The notes beneath the pieces are model-generated. The model was given only the letters and a program-made list of their open reading frames with translations, was not told the origin of the DNA and did not search any database. The position numbers and the translations under genes are program-made. Shown in pieces: positions 18,578 through 28,452 of a DNA stretch of 64,000 bases (the first letter of the stretch is position 1; each line of letters begins with the position of its first letter). Source of the DNA: Dehalococcoidia bacterium (GTDB lineage: Bacteria; Chloroflexota; Dehalococcoidia; Bin125); NCBI GenBank assembly GCA_963663895.2, contig CAXXRD010000003.1:64001-128000 (forward strand), read 5' to 3'.

Positions 18578-19783
18578 ATGGACTTCGGATTTTCAGCGGA
18601 GGACCAGGCGTTTCGGGAGGAGGTGACGGCCTTCGCCCAGGAGGCGCTGCCCGCGGACTGGGGCGAGCGGGCGGCCGGGATCAACCCGTTCGAGCAGAGC
18701 ACGGAGGGAGAGGGGAGCGGCGACGCGGCCTGGGAGCTAATGCGGGGTTTCCAGTCGAAGCTGGCCGAGCGGGGCTGGCTGGCGCTGGCCTGGCCCAAGG
18801 AGCACGGCGGTGCAGGGGCCAGCTTCGTGCGGCAGGCGCTGTTCACAGAGACGATGGCAGAGCTGCGGGCGCCCGTCTACAACCAGGGGATCGACCGGGT
18901 CGGGCCGACGATCATGCAGTTCGGAACACCGGAGCAGCAAGCGCGGCTGTTGCCGCCCATCCGGGACGGCGATCTGTTCTTCTGTCAGGGATTCAGTGAG
19001 CCCGGGGCGGGCAGCGATCTCGCGTCCGCCAGGACCCGAGCGGCTCGCGACGGCGACGACTACGTGATCAACGGACAGAAGATCTGGACCTCGTACGCCC
19101 ATCGGGCGGAGCGGATGTTCCTCCTCGCCCGCAGCGATCCCCACGCACCGAAGCACAAGGGCCTGTCGTACTTCGTTCTGGAGATGGACACGCCGGGAAT
19201 CAGCGTGAAGCCGCTGGTGGATCTGGCGGGGCGGCACCATTTCAACGAGGTCTTCTTCGAGGACGTCCGGGTGCCGGCGGCCAACCGGATCGGCGAGGAG
19301 AACGCGGGCTGGTATGCGGCGGCGGCTTCGCTGGACTTCGAGCGATCGGGGATCTACCGGGTCGTCGGGGCGATCCGGACGCTGCACGAGATCACCGCGC
19401 TCGCGAAGCAAGCGGGAGCGGACGGCCGGCGCGCGGTCGACGACGACCGCATCCGGCACCGGCTGGCAGAGCTCCACATCGAGTTCGCGGCTGGGCGGCT
19501 GCTGGCCTATCGGGTCGCATCGCTGTTGGACGCGGGGGAAGCGGCGGGGAACGCGGCGAGCGTGAGCAAGCTGTTCGGGTCGGAGCTGCAGCAACGGCTC
19601 GCAGGAATGCTCAATCTCATGGGGCTGCCGGGGCAGTTGGGAGCCGGAAGCGCCTGGGCGCCGCTGGAAGGGCGCTTGGCGTACGAGTACCTGATCGGCG
19701 TACAACTGACGATCGCGGCCGGAACGAGCGAAATTCAGCGGAACATCATCGCGAGGCGGAGGCTCGGCCTGCCCAGGGAATAG
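18578..19783 (+). CDS. Acyl-CoA dehydrogenase
   Basis: MDFGFS start, CQGFSEPGAGSDLAS, NGQKIWTS, GTSEIQRNIIA. Confidence 0.92.
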   Translation: MDFGFSAEDQAFREEVTAFAQEALPADWGERAAGINPFEQSTEGEGSGDAAWELMRGFQSKLAERGWLALAWPKEHGGAGASFVRQALFTETMAELRAPVYNQGIDRVGPTIMQFGTPEQQARLLPPIRDGDLFFCQGFSEPGAGSDLASARTRAARDGDDYVINGQKIWTSYAHRAERMFLLARSDPHAPKHKGLSYFVLEMDTPGISVKPLVDLAGRHHFNEVFFEDVRVPAANRIGEENAGWYAAAASLDFERSGIYRVVGAIRTLHEITALAKQAGADGRRAVDDDRIRHRLAELHIEFAAGRLLAYRVASLLDAGEAAGNAASVSKLFGSELQQRLAGMLNLMGLPGQLGAGSAWAPLEGRLAYEYLIGVQLTIAAGTSEIQRNIIARRRLGLPRE

Positions 19784-19859
19784 GCCTGCGGAGCGAAAGC
19801 GCAGACCTGTGCCCGGGCGCTGACCGTCGCCTCGGCGACCATTCGCTGTTCGACTTCCG

Positions 19860-20189
19860 TTAACCGCGGCGATGGCGCAGGTAGACGTTGGCGAGCGACC
19901 CCCACGATGCGACGCAGAAGGGGACAAGGTAGGTCAAGGGGATTTTCCAAGCGAGGCTGGGGGAGAAGTCGCCCGCGAAGAGGGCAGGACCTTGGTTGAT
20001 GAGAATGAGAATGGTGCCGACGACGATCGCGGTCAGGACGGATCGCCGCAGCATGCGCCGGTCGCCAAGGGCGCAAGCTGTGCACTTGAGGACGATGGCG
20101 CCATCCGGGCGAGGCATCCGGAAGACGCGCGTCGCCACGTACTCTTGGCCCGTGAGATGTGGGCAAGCCGAGCCCGGTGTGACGCGCAT
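19860..20189 (-). CDS. nrtS: NrtS-like small membrane protein
   Basis: AIVVGTILILINQG...LTYLVPFCVASWG. Start uncertain. Confidence 0.7.
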   Translation of the reverse strand: MRVTPGSACPHLTGQEYVATRVFRMPRPDGAIVLKCTACALGDRRMLRRSVLTAIVVGTILILINQGPALFAGDFSPSLAWKIPLTYLVPFCVASWGSLANVYLRHRRG

Positions 20190-20219
20190 GCGCGGTTGCT
20201 ATCCAGCGCGACGGGGCGG

Positions 20220-22235
20220 CTAGCCGCCTCCGTCTTCGGCTTCGGGAATCGCTCCGGGTACCTCCTCCTCACCTGAGGCGGCGTCAGCGTCGTCCGGCGA
20301 GGCAGCGTCGGTCTCTTCCCGCGCACGATCGAATACGGAAGCATCCGCCGGAAGCATCCGCGATTCCGGATATTCCGGGTTGCTGCTATCGATCCAGGAT
20401 TTATCGAAGTGATGGGCGGACCACGCGAATTCCAGGGCGCGCTCGTCGGTGAAGAGATACGGCCGGGCGATGCCGATCTGGATCCCGTTCGTGATGTTGA
20501 CGAGCCAGAAGGGATCATCCAGGAAATGCTGCTGGATTTGGCGGGCACGCGTGCGGCGGGCGCTGGCATCGAACGTGCTCCGCATCTGCTCGATCAGCTC
20601 GTCGACGGCAGGGTTGCTATAGCCTCCCCAATTGGCGCCTCCTTCGCTGTGCGCGATGTCGAGCCAGTGGCTGCTGGGGTCCGCCTCGGATTGCTGGAGC
20701 GGGAGGGGTCCGAGGCCGATAAAAGCGGCCACGGTCTTCTCCCGCACGCCGGTGAACAAGGCGTCGTAGGTCAGGAAATCGATGTCGATCGCGAGCCCGA
20801 GATTCCGCTCCAACATCGCTTGGATGGTGTCGGCGATGCCAGGAAAGATGCCCTGAAAGATGTCTGGCACCACGAGCGGCACGCGGCCGATTTGGGCAGC
20901 GCCGCCGGCGGCGCTGACCAAGGCGTTGATCTCCGCGCGATCATCCGCTTTGTCGGGGCGGTAGCCGGGAACTTCCAGCAAGTCGGCCTCCGGGATCGCC
21001 CACTTCGGGAAGAACCAGGGGATGGGGCCGGAAAGGCGGCCATCGCCAAAGTAGAGGGCATCGATCAGCTCAAAGCGATCAATGGCGAGGTGCATGGCGC
21101 GAGCCAACCGCGCATCCGCCAGAGGATTGCGCTCACCGGCAGCGCCGTCGAAGACCATGCCGAGCTGGATCGCGCTTTGGATAGGGCGCTCGTAGGCGGT
21201 GTGGTGCGGAAAATCGGCGCGGAGCTCATCAATGGCGGCTTTGCCCAAGGGGAAGTCGACGGCGTCGATCTGCCCATCGCGGTAGGCGGCCGCCGCAGTG
21301 GCTGCGTCGACGTGAACGAAGGTCCAGCCTTCCGGGTAAATGGGAAGATCCGGCTTCCACCAATTGGCGGAGCGGCGGATCTGAAAGGAGTTGTCGCGGC
21401 TGAAGCTCGCCGGTAGATAAGGGCCGCTGCCTGCGTTGAGCGAGGGATCGTCGGGCGCGTCCCGCCAATCATCGCCGAATTCTTCGGCCGCTTCGGCGCC
21501 GATGATCCAGGCCCACGGGCCGGCGTGCACGTTGGTGAGGTAGGTCGCGTCGGGCTCCTCAGTGCTGAGGCGGATCGTGTGCTCGTCGCTCACCTCCAGC
21601 GTCGCGGTGCGGGTGTAGGCCGCCTGGCGGAAGAAGAAGGGATCGGGAAGGTCTTCCGCGTCCCGTGCCTCGATCTGCCGCTGGATGGTGAACCGCACAT
21701 CCTCGGCGGTGACGCTACGGCCTTCCATGGGCGGCGTCTCCCAGAAGCGCGCAGCCGGGTTGACGCGGAAGATGTAAGTAACCTCGTCCGGGATCTCGGG
21801 GAGCGTGGCGGCCAGATCGGCTTCCAGCGTGCCCCGCGAGATCGACTCCCAGCGAAGGAGGCGGCTGTACATGGTGCTGAGCCACGTCTGCGTCTCGCTG
21901 TAGCGGCTGCGGTGCGGGTCCCACCGGTCGTGCCCTTCGTAGGTGACTTGGGCAGGCCAACCGATGATGCCGCCTTGGACAGGGTTGGGGGGGAGGAGCA
22001 CGGGCGCTGCTTCGTCGGGTGCCGCCTCCTCAACTGTGGGCGTCTCCGGTGGAGTCGTGGCCGGAGTTTGGAGTGGCGCTTGCTCATCGGGAGGTTGCTC
22101 CACCGCGTCCTCGTCGCCATCTTCGCCGCAGCCCACAAGAGCCAGAGCGGAGGCGCCGACGCCGGCGGCGGCGGCGGCGCGGAGGAGCGCGCGCCTGGAG
22201 AGGCGCGTACGACGGTCGGCGGGTAGTCGATTCAT
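20220..22235 (-). CDS. ABC family-5 solute-binding lipoprotein (Tat)
   Basis: LSRRALLR Tat motif plus LVGC lipobox; ADLA..PE, VTAEDV.F, GSGPY motifs. Confidence 0.88.
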   Translation of the reverse strand: MNRLPADRRTRLSRRALLRAAAAAGVGASALALVGCGEDGDEDAVEQPPDEQAPLQTPATTPPETPTVEEAAPDEAAPVLLPPNPVQGGIIGWPAQVTYEGHDRWDPHRSRYSETQTWLSTMYSRLLRWESISRGTLEADLAATLPEIPDEVTYIFRVNPAARFWETPPMEGRSVTAEDVRFTIQRQIEARDAEDLPDPFFFRQAAYTRTATLEVSDEHTIRLSTEEPDATYLTNVHAGPWAWIIGAEAAEEFGDDWRDAPDDPSLNAGSGPYLPASFSRDNSFQIRRSANWWKPDLPIYPEGWTFVHVDAATAAAAYRDGQIDAVDFPLGKAAIDELRADFPHHTAYERPIQSAIQLGMVFDGAAGERNPLADARLARAMHLAIDRFELIDALYFGDGRLSGPIPWFFPKWAIPEADLLEVPGYRPDKADDRAEINALVSAAGGAAQIGRVPLVVPDIFQGIFPGIADTIQAMLERNLGLAIDIDFLTYDALFTGVREKTVAAFIGLGPLPLQQSEADPSSHWLDIAHSEGGANWGGYSNPAVDELIEQMRSTFDASARRTRARQIQQHFLDDPFWLVNITNGIQIGIARPYLFTDERALEFAWSAHHFDKSWIDSSNPEYPESRMLPADASVFDRAREETDAASPDDADAASGEEEVPGAIPEAEDGGG

Positions 22236-22382
22236 AGGTAGCAGCGAGCGCGCCCTTCACGGTCTTGCGGTAGGGACCTAGCGTACCGGCCCTGCAGACC
22301 ACCTGCACGGCGGCGGACGGGCGCAGCCTTTATCATCGTGGTCGGCTGAGCACCATCGAGAGAAGGATTCGGAGACGGCAAC

Positions 22383-23357
22383 ATGGCGAAAAAGCGGCTC
22401 GAGGGCAAGGTGGCGATCGTCACCGGGGCAGGCAGCGGGATCGGGCGTGCGGTAGCGCTGCTCTTCGCGGAGCATGGCGCCAAGGTGGTCGTGAACGACT
22501 ACGGCGGGCCGCCCAACGAGGTGGGGGAGCAGAGCAGCGAGCCGGTGGAGCGGGTGGTCGCCGAGATCCAAGCGATGGGCGGGCAAGCGGTTGCGAACGC
22601 CGGGAATGTGGCCGAGATGGCGACGGGCGAGCAAATGGTGCAGCAAGCGATCGATGCCTTCGGCCAAGTGGATATCGCCGTCTGCTGTGCGGGGATCCTG
22701 CGTGAGCGCATGGTGTTCAACATGACGGAGGCCGAATGGGACGATGTCGTCGCCGTGCACCTGAAGGGCCACTTCGCCCTGACCAAGTATGTCTCGCAAG
22801 TCTTTCGGCAGCAGCGCAGCGGCCGTCTGATCTTCATCTCTTCGAACGCGATGTTCGGGGCGCCGGGGCAGCCGAACTACGCAGCAGCGAAAGGGGGCGT
22901 GTGGTCATTCATGCGCTCCTGTGCGAACGCGCTCGGACGCTATAACGTGACCTGCAACGCGATCCTGCCGGCGGCCTCGACCCGGCTGATGGATCGAACG
23001 CCGCAGGCGATGAAACAGCGGCAAGAGCAAGGAATCGTGGCGTCGGAGGCGAACGCGGGGACGCGCCGGGACCCCATCAACGTCGCGCGCTGGATTCTGT
23101 ACCTCGCATCCGACGAGGCACAGGAGGTGACGGGGCAAGCCTTCGGCGTGCGAGGATACGATGTGATCCTGTACAGCCACCCGCATGAAAAGTTCCTCAT
23201 GCGCAGCGACGACGACCAAGCCTGGGACGTCGACCAACTGTTCCAGCGGGCTGAAGCGCAAATGCGGCCTCGCTTGGAAGACCCCAATCTGGGGCGAGGC
23301 GGAGATATCGGCGCCTACGCGGTGGCAGTGGAAGGCGACGCACGGCCGGGGCTCTAG
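22383..23357 (+). CDS. SDR oxidoreductase
   Basis: TGAGSGIG, NYAAAK. Confidence 0.9.
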   Translation: MAKKRLEGKVAIVTGAGSGIGRAVALLFAEHGAKVVVNDYGGPPNEVGEQSSEPVERVVAEIQAMGGQAVANAGNVAEMATGEQMVQQAIDAFGQVDIAVCCAGILRERMVFNMTEAEWDDVVAVHLKGHFALTKYVSQVFRQQRSGRLIFISSNAMFGAPGQPNYAAAKGGVWSFMRSCANALGRYNVTCNAILPAASTRLMDRTPQAMKQRQEQGIVASEANAGTRRDPINVARWILYLASDEAQEVTGQAFGVRGYDVILYSHPHEKFLMRSDDDQAWDVDQLFQRAEAQMRPRLEDPNLGRGGDIGAYAVAVEGDARPGL

Positions 23358-23421
23358 CGGCTCGGTGCGGCTAGACGCAATCGCCCGCGCGGGGTCATAC
23401 TGCCCTACAGAGGAGCGACCG

Positions 23422-23769
23422 ATGGACCAGCTGATGGGGAAACTGCTGCGGGATCTGACGCAGGTGCTGCAGTGGTTTATGCGCCAGCCGCTTTATATCA
23501 AGGCGGCCGTTGTGGTCCCGGCAATGATTGTGCACGCGGTCCTGTTCGTGGTCGTGAACGCGATCGCGGTCAACCTTGGCGCGGGAAACCAGCACTTGAG
23601 CTCCAACGCGAACGGCTTCGACCAGTGGCTGATCTGGATCATCGTCGGCGTCGGGCTGGTACTGGGCCTCGGATTGGGCGGCTTTATCTACTTCGGCGCA
23701 CGCAAGGGTGGCGGCTCGGAGCCATACGACCAAGCCGATCAGGGTGAGACGGGGATGCTCGAGGTCTAA
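23422..23769 (+). CDS. Hypothetical 2-TM membrane protein
   Basis: AGGAG SD before ATG 23422; two hydrophobic helices. Confidence 0.65.
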   Translation: MDQLMGKLLRDLTQVLQWFMRQPLYIKAAVVVPAMIVHAVLFVVVNAIAVNLGAGNQHLSSNANGFDQWLIWIIVGVGLVLGLGLGGFIYFGARKGGGSEPYDQADQGETGMLEV

Positions 23770-23792
23770 GCGACCCGCCCCGGCGATGAAGC

Positions 23793-23816
23793 GAAAGCCC
23801 GCGCAGGCGGGCTTTC
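23793..23816. terminator. Bidirectional intrinsic terminator-like hairpin between convergent genes
   Basis: GAAAGCCCGC-GCAG-GCGGGCTTTC. Confidence 0.7.
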
Positions 23817-23848
23817 TTGCTGACAGCGTTGCCGTGCAACTCCCTGCA

Positions 23849-24811
23849 TTATTGCTCCGGCGCATTGGGGTTCATGTCGTCGGAGAGGAAGCTGGCGTCG
23901 AAGAGGGCGTCCAAGACGCCAAGGGCCCAGGGACCGTCGTTGCAGAGCACCGACTTCGCGGTCGGCTCTGAGTAAAGGGCGATGCGATCGCCGCCTACGA
24001 AAAAGGTGCGCCCATTGATCCGGCGAGCGGCATCGGTACACAGCCAGACGACAAAAGCAGCGACGTTGCCGGGGTGAAACAGATCGGCCTTGAGCCCTTC
24101 GCCGGCCAGGACGATCTCCTCAAGCATCGGATCGGCAAACTGTCCGGGGCGGGTGCGCATCTCGCGCATGCGCTCGAGATTGGCCTCAAGATCGGGGTTC
24201 ACGGTCATGCGCGTGCGTGCGGCGGGGCGAATCGCGTTGCAGGTCACACCGTAGCGGCCGAGGTCCTTGGCCACCGTGCGGGTTAGGCCGACGACGCCCT
24301 CCTTCGCCGAGGCGTAGGAAGCATGGCCCATGGCGCCGAGCCCGGCCGGCGAGGCCGTGTTGACGATGCGGCCGGACTTCTGTTGGCGAAAGAGTTGTGC
24401 GGCGAACTTAATGGTGTTGAAAGCGCCCTTGAGATGCACGCCGTGTTCGCGATCCCACTGCTCATCGCTGATCTTCCAGACCATCTGCTCTTGGAGAACG
24501 CCCGCGTTATTGACCAGGATATCGAGGCGGCCAAAGGCGTCGAGCGTAGCTTGGATCATGCGCTCCGCGGCTTTGTGGTCGGCTACCGAGTCGAAGTTGG
24601 GCACAGCCTCACCGCCAGCCTGCCCGATCTCAGCGACGACCTCCTCCGCGGGAGTGCGGCTGGCCTGCCCTTCGACGCCGGTAACGCTCGTACCGATGTC
24701 GTTGACGACTACCCTGGCGCCTTCGGCGGCGAGTGCCAAAGCCTCCGCGCGGCCGATGCCTCCACCAGCTCCGGTGACGAGCGCGACGCGGCCTTGGAGT
24801 CGGTTGGACAT
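23849..24811 (-). CDS. SDR oxidoreductase
   Basis: TGAGGGIG, NNAG, SYASAK. Confidence 0.9.
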   Translation of the reverse strand: MSNRLQGRVALVTGAGGGIGRAEALALAAEGARVVVNDIGTSVTGVEGQASRTPAEEVVAEIGQAGGEAVPNFDSVADHKAAERMIQATLDAFGRLDILVNNAGVLQEQMVWKISDEQWDREHGVHLKGAFNTIKFAAQLFRQQKSGRIVNTASPAGLGAMGHASYASAKEGVVGLTRTVAKDLGRYGVTCNAIRPAARTRMTVNPDLEANLERMREMRTRPGQFADPMLEEIVLAGEGLKADLFHPGNVAAFVVWLCTDAARRINGRTFFVGGDRIALYSEPTAKSVLCNDGPWALGVLDALFDASFLSDDMNPNAPEQ

Positions 24812-24816
24812 CGCGG

Positions 24817-25776
24817 TTACTCGTCGAAGAGCTGAGGATTCATGTCGCGGGCAAGGAAGGTTGTGGGAACCGCAGCGTCGATCGCATCGACTGACCAGCC
24901 ATCTCGGCAGATCATCTCTGCCTCAATGTGGGGTTCCTCATAGAGGCCGATGGCGTGGCCTCCCGCGAGAAAGGTGCGGCCGTTGATCTTGGCGGCCTTG
25001 TCCGTACAGAGCCAGACCACGATGGGAGCGACGTTCTCAGCCCGGTGAATTTGGGGATCGGGTCCGCCGCCTGTGATGAGGAAGTCCTCCTGCTCGGGGA
25101 CTGCGAACTGCCCGGGACGTTTGCGGAGCTCACCCATGCGCGCCGTCGCTTCCTTGAGCTCCGGATTCTCGGTCATCCGCGTGGAAGCGCGGGGGCGAAT
25201 GGCGTTGCAGGTGATCCCGTAGCGCCCAAGGTCCTTGGCCACTGTGCGCGTGAGGCCGACGATCCCCTCCTTTGCGGAGCCGTAGGAAGCCTGGCCCATG
25301 CTGCCGAGCCCGGCCTCCGACGAGGTGTTGACGATGCGGCCGGAGCGCTGCGCCCGCAAGATGGGCGCGGCGGCACGAATGCAGTTGAAGTGTCCTTTCA
25401 AGTGCACCCCGTGAACGCGATCCCACTCCTCTTCGGGGATGTTGTAGATCATACGGTCCCGGATGATGCCGGCGTTGTTCACGAGGATGTCGAGGCGTCC
25501 AAAGGTGTCCAACGCGCTCTGGATCAGGTGATTGGCGCCGTCGGTTTCCGCAACGGAATCGTAGTTCGCGAGTGCAGCTCCCCCAGCAGCCCTGATCTCA
25601 TCGACGACTTGGTCGGCGGGAGCGCTGCTGCCATCGCCTTCGCCGGTCTGCACGCCGCCGAAGTCGTTCACGACGATTTTGGCGCCCTCGGAAGCGAGCA
25701 GGAGCGCCTCGCCGCGGCCGATACCGCGGCCGGCGCCAGTAACGATGGCGACACGGCCCTCGAGTCGGGTACCCAT
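24817..25776 (-). CDS. SDR oxidoreductase (tandem paralog)
   Basis: TGAGRGIG, NNAG, SYGSAK; closely similar to the neighbour. Confidence 0.9.
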   Translation of the reverse strand: MGTRLEGRVAIVTGAGRGIGRGEALLLASEGAKIVVNDFGGVQTGEGDGSSAPADQVVDEIRAAGGAALANYDSVAETDGANHLIQSALDTFGRLDILVNNAGIIRDRMIYNIPEEEWDRVHGVHLKGHFNCIRAAAPILRAQRSGRIVNTSSEAGLGSMGQASYGSAKEGIVGLTRTVAKDLGRYGITCNAIRPRASTRMTENPELKEATARMGELRKRPGQFAVPEQEDFLITGGGPDPQIHRAENVAPIVVWLCTDKAAKINGRTFLAGGHAIGLYEEPHIEAEMICRDGWSVDAIDAAVPTTFLARDMNPQLFDE

Positions 25777-25921
25777 GACCGGGGCAGTATGGCCGATGCG
25801 GATCGGTGCCGCTAGTCATGTGGAACCGCCCACGTGGTCCTCGGATGATCGCCCGGATCAGTGACGATTGGCGAGCCGCCCCAAAGCCTCCGAAGGCGCT
25901 GCGTCTCGCGCGGCGTGTCGA

Positions 25922-25950
25922 TTGACAGATCGAATTTAACGTTAAAGAAT
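25922..25950 (+). promoter_or_regulatory. Promoter TTGACA-17bp-AAGAAT with perfect palindrome TTTAACGTTAAA
   Basis: TTGACA 25922-25927; palindrome 25935-25946 in an otherwise GC-rich region. Confidence 0.5.
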
Positions 25951-25988
25951 GTAATCAGTTTGGTGGCTGGGCTTCCCGAGGAGCCCGT

Positions 25989-26330
25989 ATGACTAGCGTA
26001 TCCGCCCACCCGAACCTCTTGGCTGTCAAGCCTTCTATCGACCTCGCGACGATTCTTCCCGAGACGACTGACTGCACGATCCTTACGCCTGATGCGTCGA
26101 CGGTAGCGCATGGGCGCTGCGACCCGCGTCGTCCCGCGCACCTTGAAGAGGCGTACAGCGTGCAGCTATCCGGCGTGTCGCCGAAAGGCGCGCTGGAGGT
26201 GCTAGTTTACCAAGACAAGCCGGACTTGACGCTGCGGCTCGATAGCGGGGGCGAGGTTGCGGTGCGGCTCGACCACATGACCGGACCGCCTGAACAACGG
26301 CAGTTCTTCTGCCATTTGCAGGATTCGTAG
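25989..26330 (+). CDS. Hypothetical protein
   Basis: GAGGAG SD, upstream promoter, 113-aa ORF. Confidence 0.6.
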   Translation: MTSVSAHPNLLAVKPSIDLATILPETTDCTILTPDASTVAHGRCDPRRPAHLEEAYSVQLSGVSPKGALEVLVYQDKPDLTLRLDSGGEVAVRLDHMTGPPEQRQFFCHLQDS

Positions 26331-26411
26331 GCAGGAACCTCTCGCCCTCTCCCGGGCGCAGCGGCCTGCGTAGCGGCTGCTCGCATCCCGCGAGACGGGT
26401 AGCATCAGCGC

Positions 26412-27632
26412 GTGCTGCTGAGCGTCGTTACGGGGAATCTCCTATCGAAGAAGCTGCGGACACTCCTGACTGTGGCGGGGTTCGGCGTGTGCGTGAATCT
26501 CCATATCGTTGTGACGACGGTGATGCGATTCATCTCCGAAGACCTGGATATGCAGATGCAGCGATTCACCGGGCGCTTGGTGATCCAGTCGCGGAGCGCT
26601 GCCGGAACGACTGGGATCGAGTGGCCACCTATCTCCTCCTCCATCCCACTCGAAGCCGTGGAGCGCGTCCTGGCCTCGGATCGCGTGCAGCGTTCGAAGT
26701 CCACGGCGGTATCGTTCGCGGTGCTGGCGCCGCCGCCCTTCGCGACGGCGCCGCCGGAGGCGCTGGTGGTGGGGCTGGAGGCAGGCCGGGAGGATGCCTT
26801 CCTGGCTGGCGCGCCCGCGATGCTCGGGACCAATCGCCTGCCCGCGGACAGCGGCGCTGCCGAGCATGAGCCGGCGCCGGTCATTCTGGGGGTGCTGGCA
26901 GCGCGCTATCTAGCGGCCCAAGCGTCGGCGACTACCGAAGTGGAATCGCCGATCGGGCCGATAGCGCTGGCAGCGCCGGGGAGTGACTTGGAGATCCGCG
27001 GGGCGCCGTTCCGGGTGATAGGGATCATTGAGCCACAGACGAACCAGCTGTTGCGCTCGTGCGTCGTGATGCCCCTGGAGTCGGCACGGGCGCTTTTGGG
27101 ACAAACGGAGACGGTGGGCGCCGCGATCGTGACGCCGCGGCGAACCAAGGACATTGCGGAGCTAGAAGCCGAGCTGGAGGCGTCGCACCCTGCGCTCATG
27201 GTGGTAAGCGACAAGCAGTTGACGGCCAGTGCCCGGCAGCTGCTGGACCGCACGCAGCAGTTCTTCCGGGTAGTGCGCTGGACGGCAGTGGTCGTTGCGG
27301 CACTGCTGATCACGGTGGTCATGTTCGTAGCGGTATTGGAGCGGACGAAGGAGTTGGGGACGCTCCGGGCGATCGGGGCGCCGGGGAGCGCGATCACAGG
27401 CATGATCCTCGCGGAGGCCTTGCTCGTCGCATTAGCCGGATCGGCGCTGGGGGTGCCGATCTCGCGCCTGGTGATCATGAAAGCATTGGGGCCCGACGCA
27501 GCCGCGATCCGGAGCCGGCGGATCGAGGCGCAGTCGGTCGGGTTGCTGACGGCCCTGGGGTTGCTGGCCGCGATATTGCCCGCGCTGCGCGCGCTGCGGG
27601 TCGACCCGATCGTCGCGCTCCGATACGAGTAG
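26412..27632 (+). CDS. MacB/FtsX-type ABC permease
   Basis: VLERTKELGTLRAIGA, C-terminal DPIVALRYE. Confidence 0.9.
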   Translation: MLLSVVTGNLLSKKLRTLLTVAGFGVCVNLHIVVTTVMRFISEDLDMQMQRFTGRLVIQSRSAAGTTGIEWPPISSSIPLEAVERVLASDRVQRSKSTAVSFAVLAPPPFATAPPEALVVGLEAGREDAFLAGAPAMLGTNRLPADSGAAEHEPAPVILGVLAARYLAAQASATTEVESPIGPIALAAPGSDLEIRGAPFRVIGIIEPQTNQLLRSCVVMPLESARALLGQTETVGAAIVTPRRTKDIAELEAELEASHPALMVVSDKQLTASARQLLDRTQQFFRVVRWTAVVVAALLITVVMFVAVLERTKELGTLRAIGAPGSAITGMILAEALLVALAGSALGVPISRLVIMKALGPDAAAIRSRRIEAQSVGLLTALGLLAAILPALRALRVDPIVALRYE

Positions 27633-27636
27633 CTCC

Positions 27637-28371
27637 ATGGCTTGGCTCTGGCCTAAGCGCGCATCGCGACCCAAGCGGAAGGATGCTCCCGTGCTAGCCG
27701 CACGAGGGCTCAGTCGCAGCTTCCGAGTGGGGGCAAGTGACGTGCAGGCGCTGCGCGCCGTGAATCTGGAGGTCCGAGCGGGCGACTTCGTCGCCGTGGT
27801 GGGACCGAGCGGGAGCGGGAAATCGACCCTCCTGCACCTACTAGGCTTGATCGACTCACCCTCGCGTGGAGAGGTACGACTGCAAGACGAGCCAACGGGG
27901 CGGCTCGGCGAGGAGGCACGGGCCAAGCGCCGACTCAACACCGTGGGGTTCATCTTTCAGACCTTCAACCTGCTGCACTCGCTGACGACCCGCGAGAACG
28001 TGGAGATCGTGTTGCAACTGGCAGGAGTACCGAAGGACGAGCGGCGCAAGCGCGCCGAGGCCCTGCTGCGGACGGTGGGGCTGGGAGAGCGTTTGCAGCA
28101 TCGCCCTGCGAGCCTCTCGGGCGGAGAGCGCCAGCGGGTCGCGATCGCACGGGCGCTCGCGAACCAGCCGGCGGTGCTCCTTGCCGACGAGCCAACCGGG
28201 AATTTGGATTCTAAGACGGGCGAAGAGGTAGTTGCGTTGCTGGAGGAGCTGAATGCGGGTGGCCAGGCTGTGGTGATGGTGACCCACAACGCGGCCCTGG
28301 CGCGGCGGGCCAAGCGGGTGTTCGCCATGCACGACGGCGAGCTTCGCGAGGTGACCGGGGAACCGGCCTGA
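27637..28371 (+). CDS. LolD/MacB-type ABC ATPase
   Basis: GPSGSGKS, LSGGERQRVAIARAL, LADEPTGNLD. Confidence 0.93.
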   Translation: MAWLWPKRASRPKRKDAPVLAARGLSRSFRVGASDVQALRAVNLEVRAGDFVAVVGPSGSGKSTLLHLLGLIDSPSRGEVRLQDEPTGRLGEEARAKRRLNTVGFIFQTFNLLHSLTTRENVEIVLQLAGVPKDERRKRAEALLRTVGLGERLQHRPASLSGGERQRVAIARALANQPAVLLADEPTGNLDSKTGEEVVALLEELNAGGQAVVMVTHNAALARRAKRVFAMHDGELREVTGEPA

Positions 28372-28452
28372 TGCCGAGAGTCGCGTTGACCCTGGCGCCC
28401 CCCGGCTCATAGGCTCAGGCTTTCTCTCACAGATCCGACTCAGGAGGCGGGC

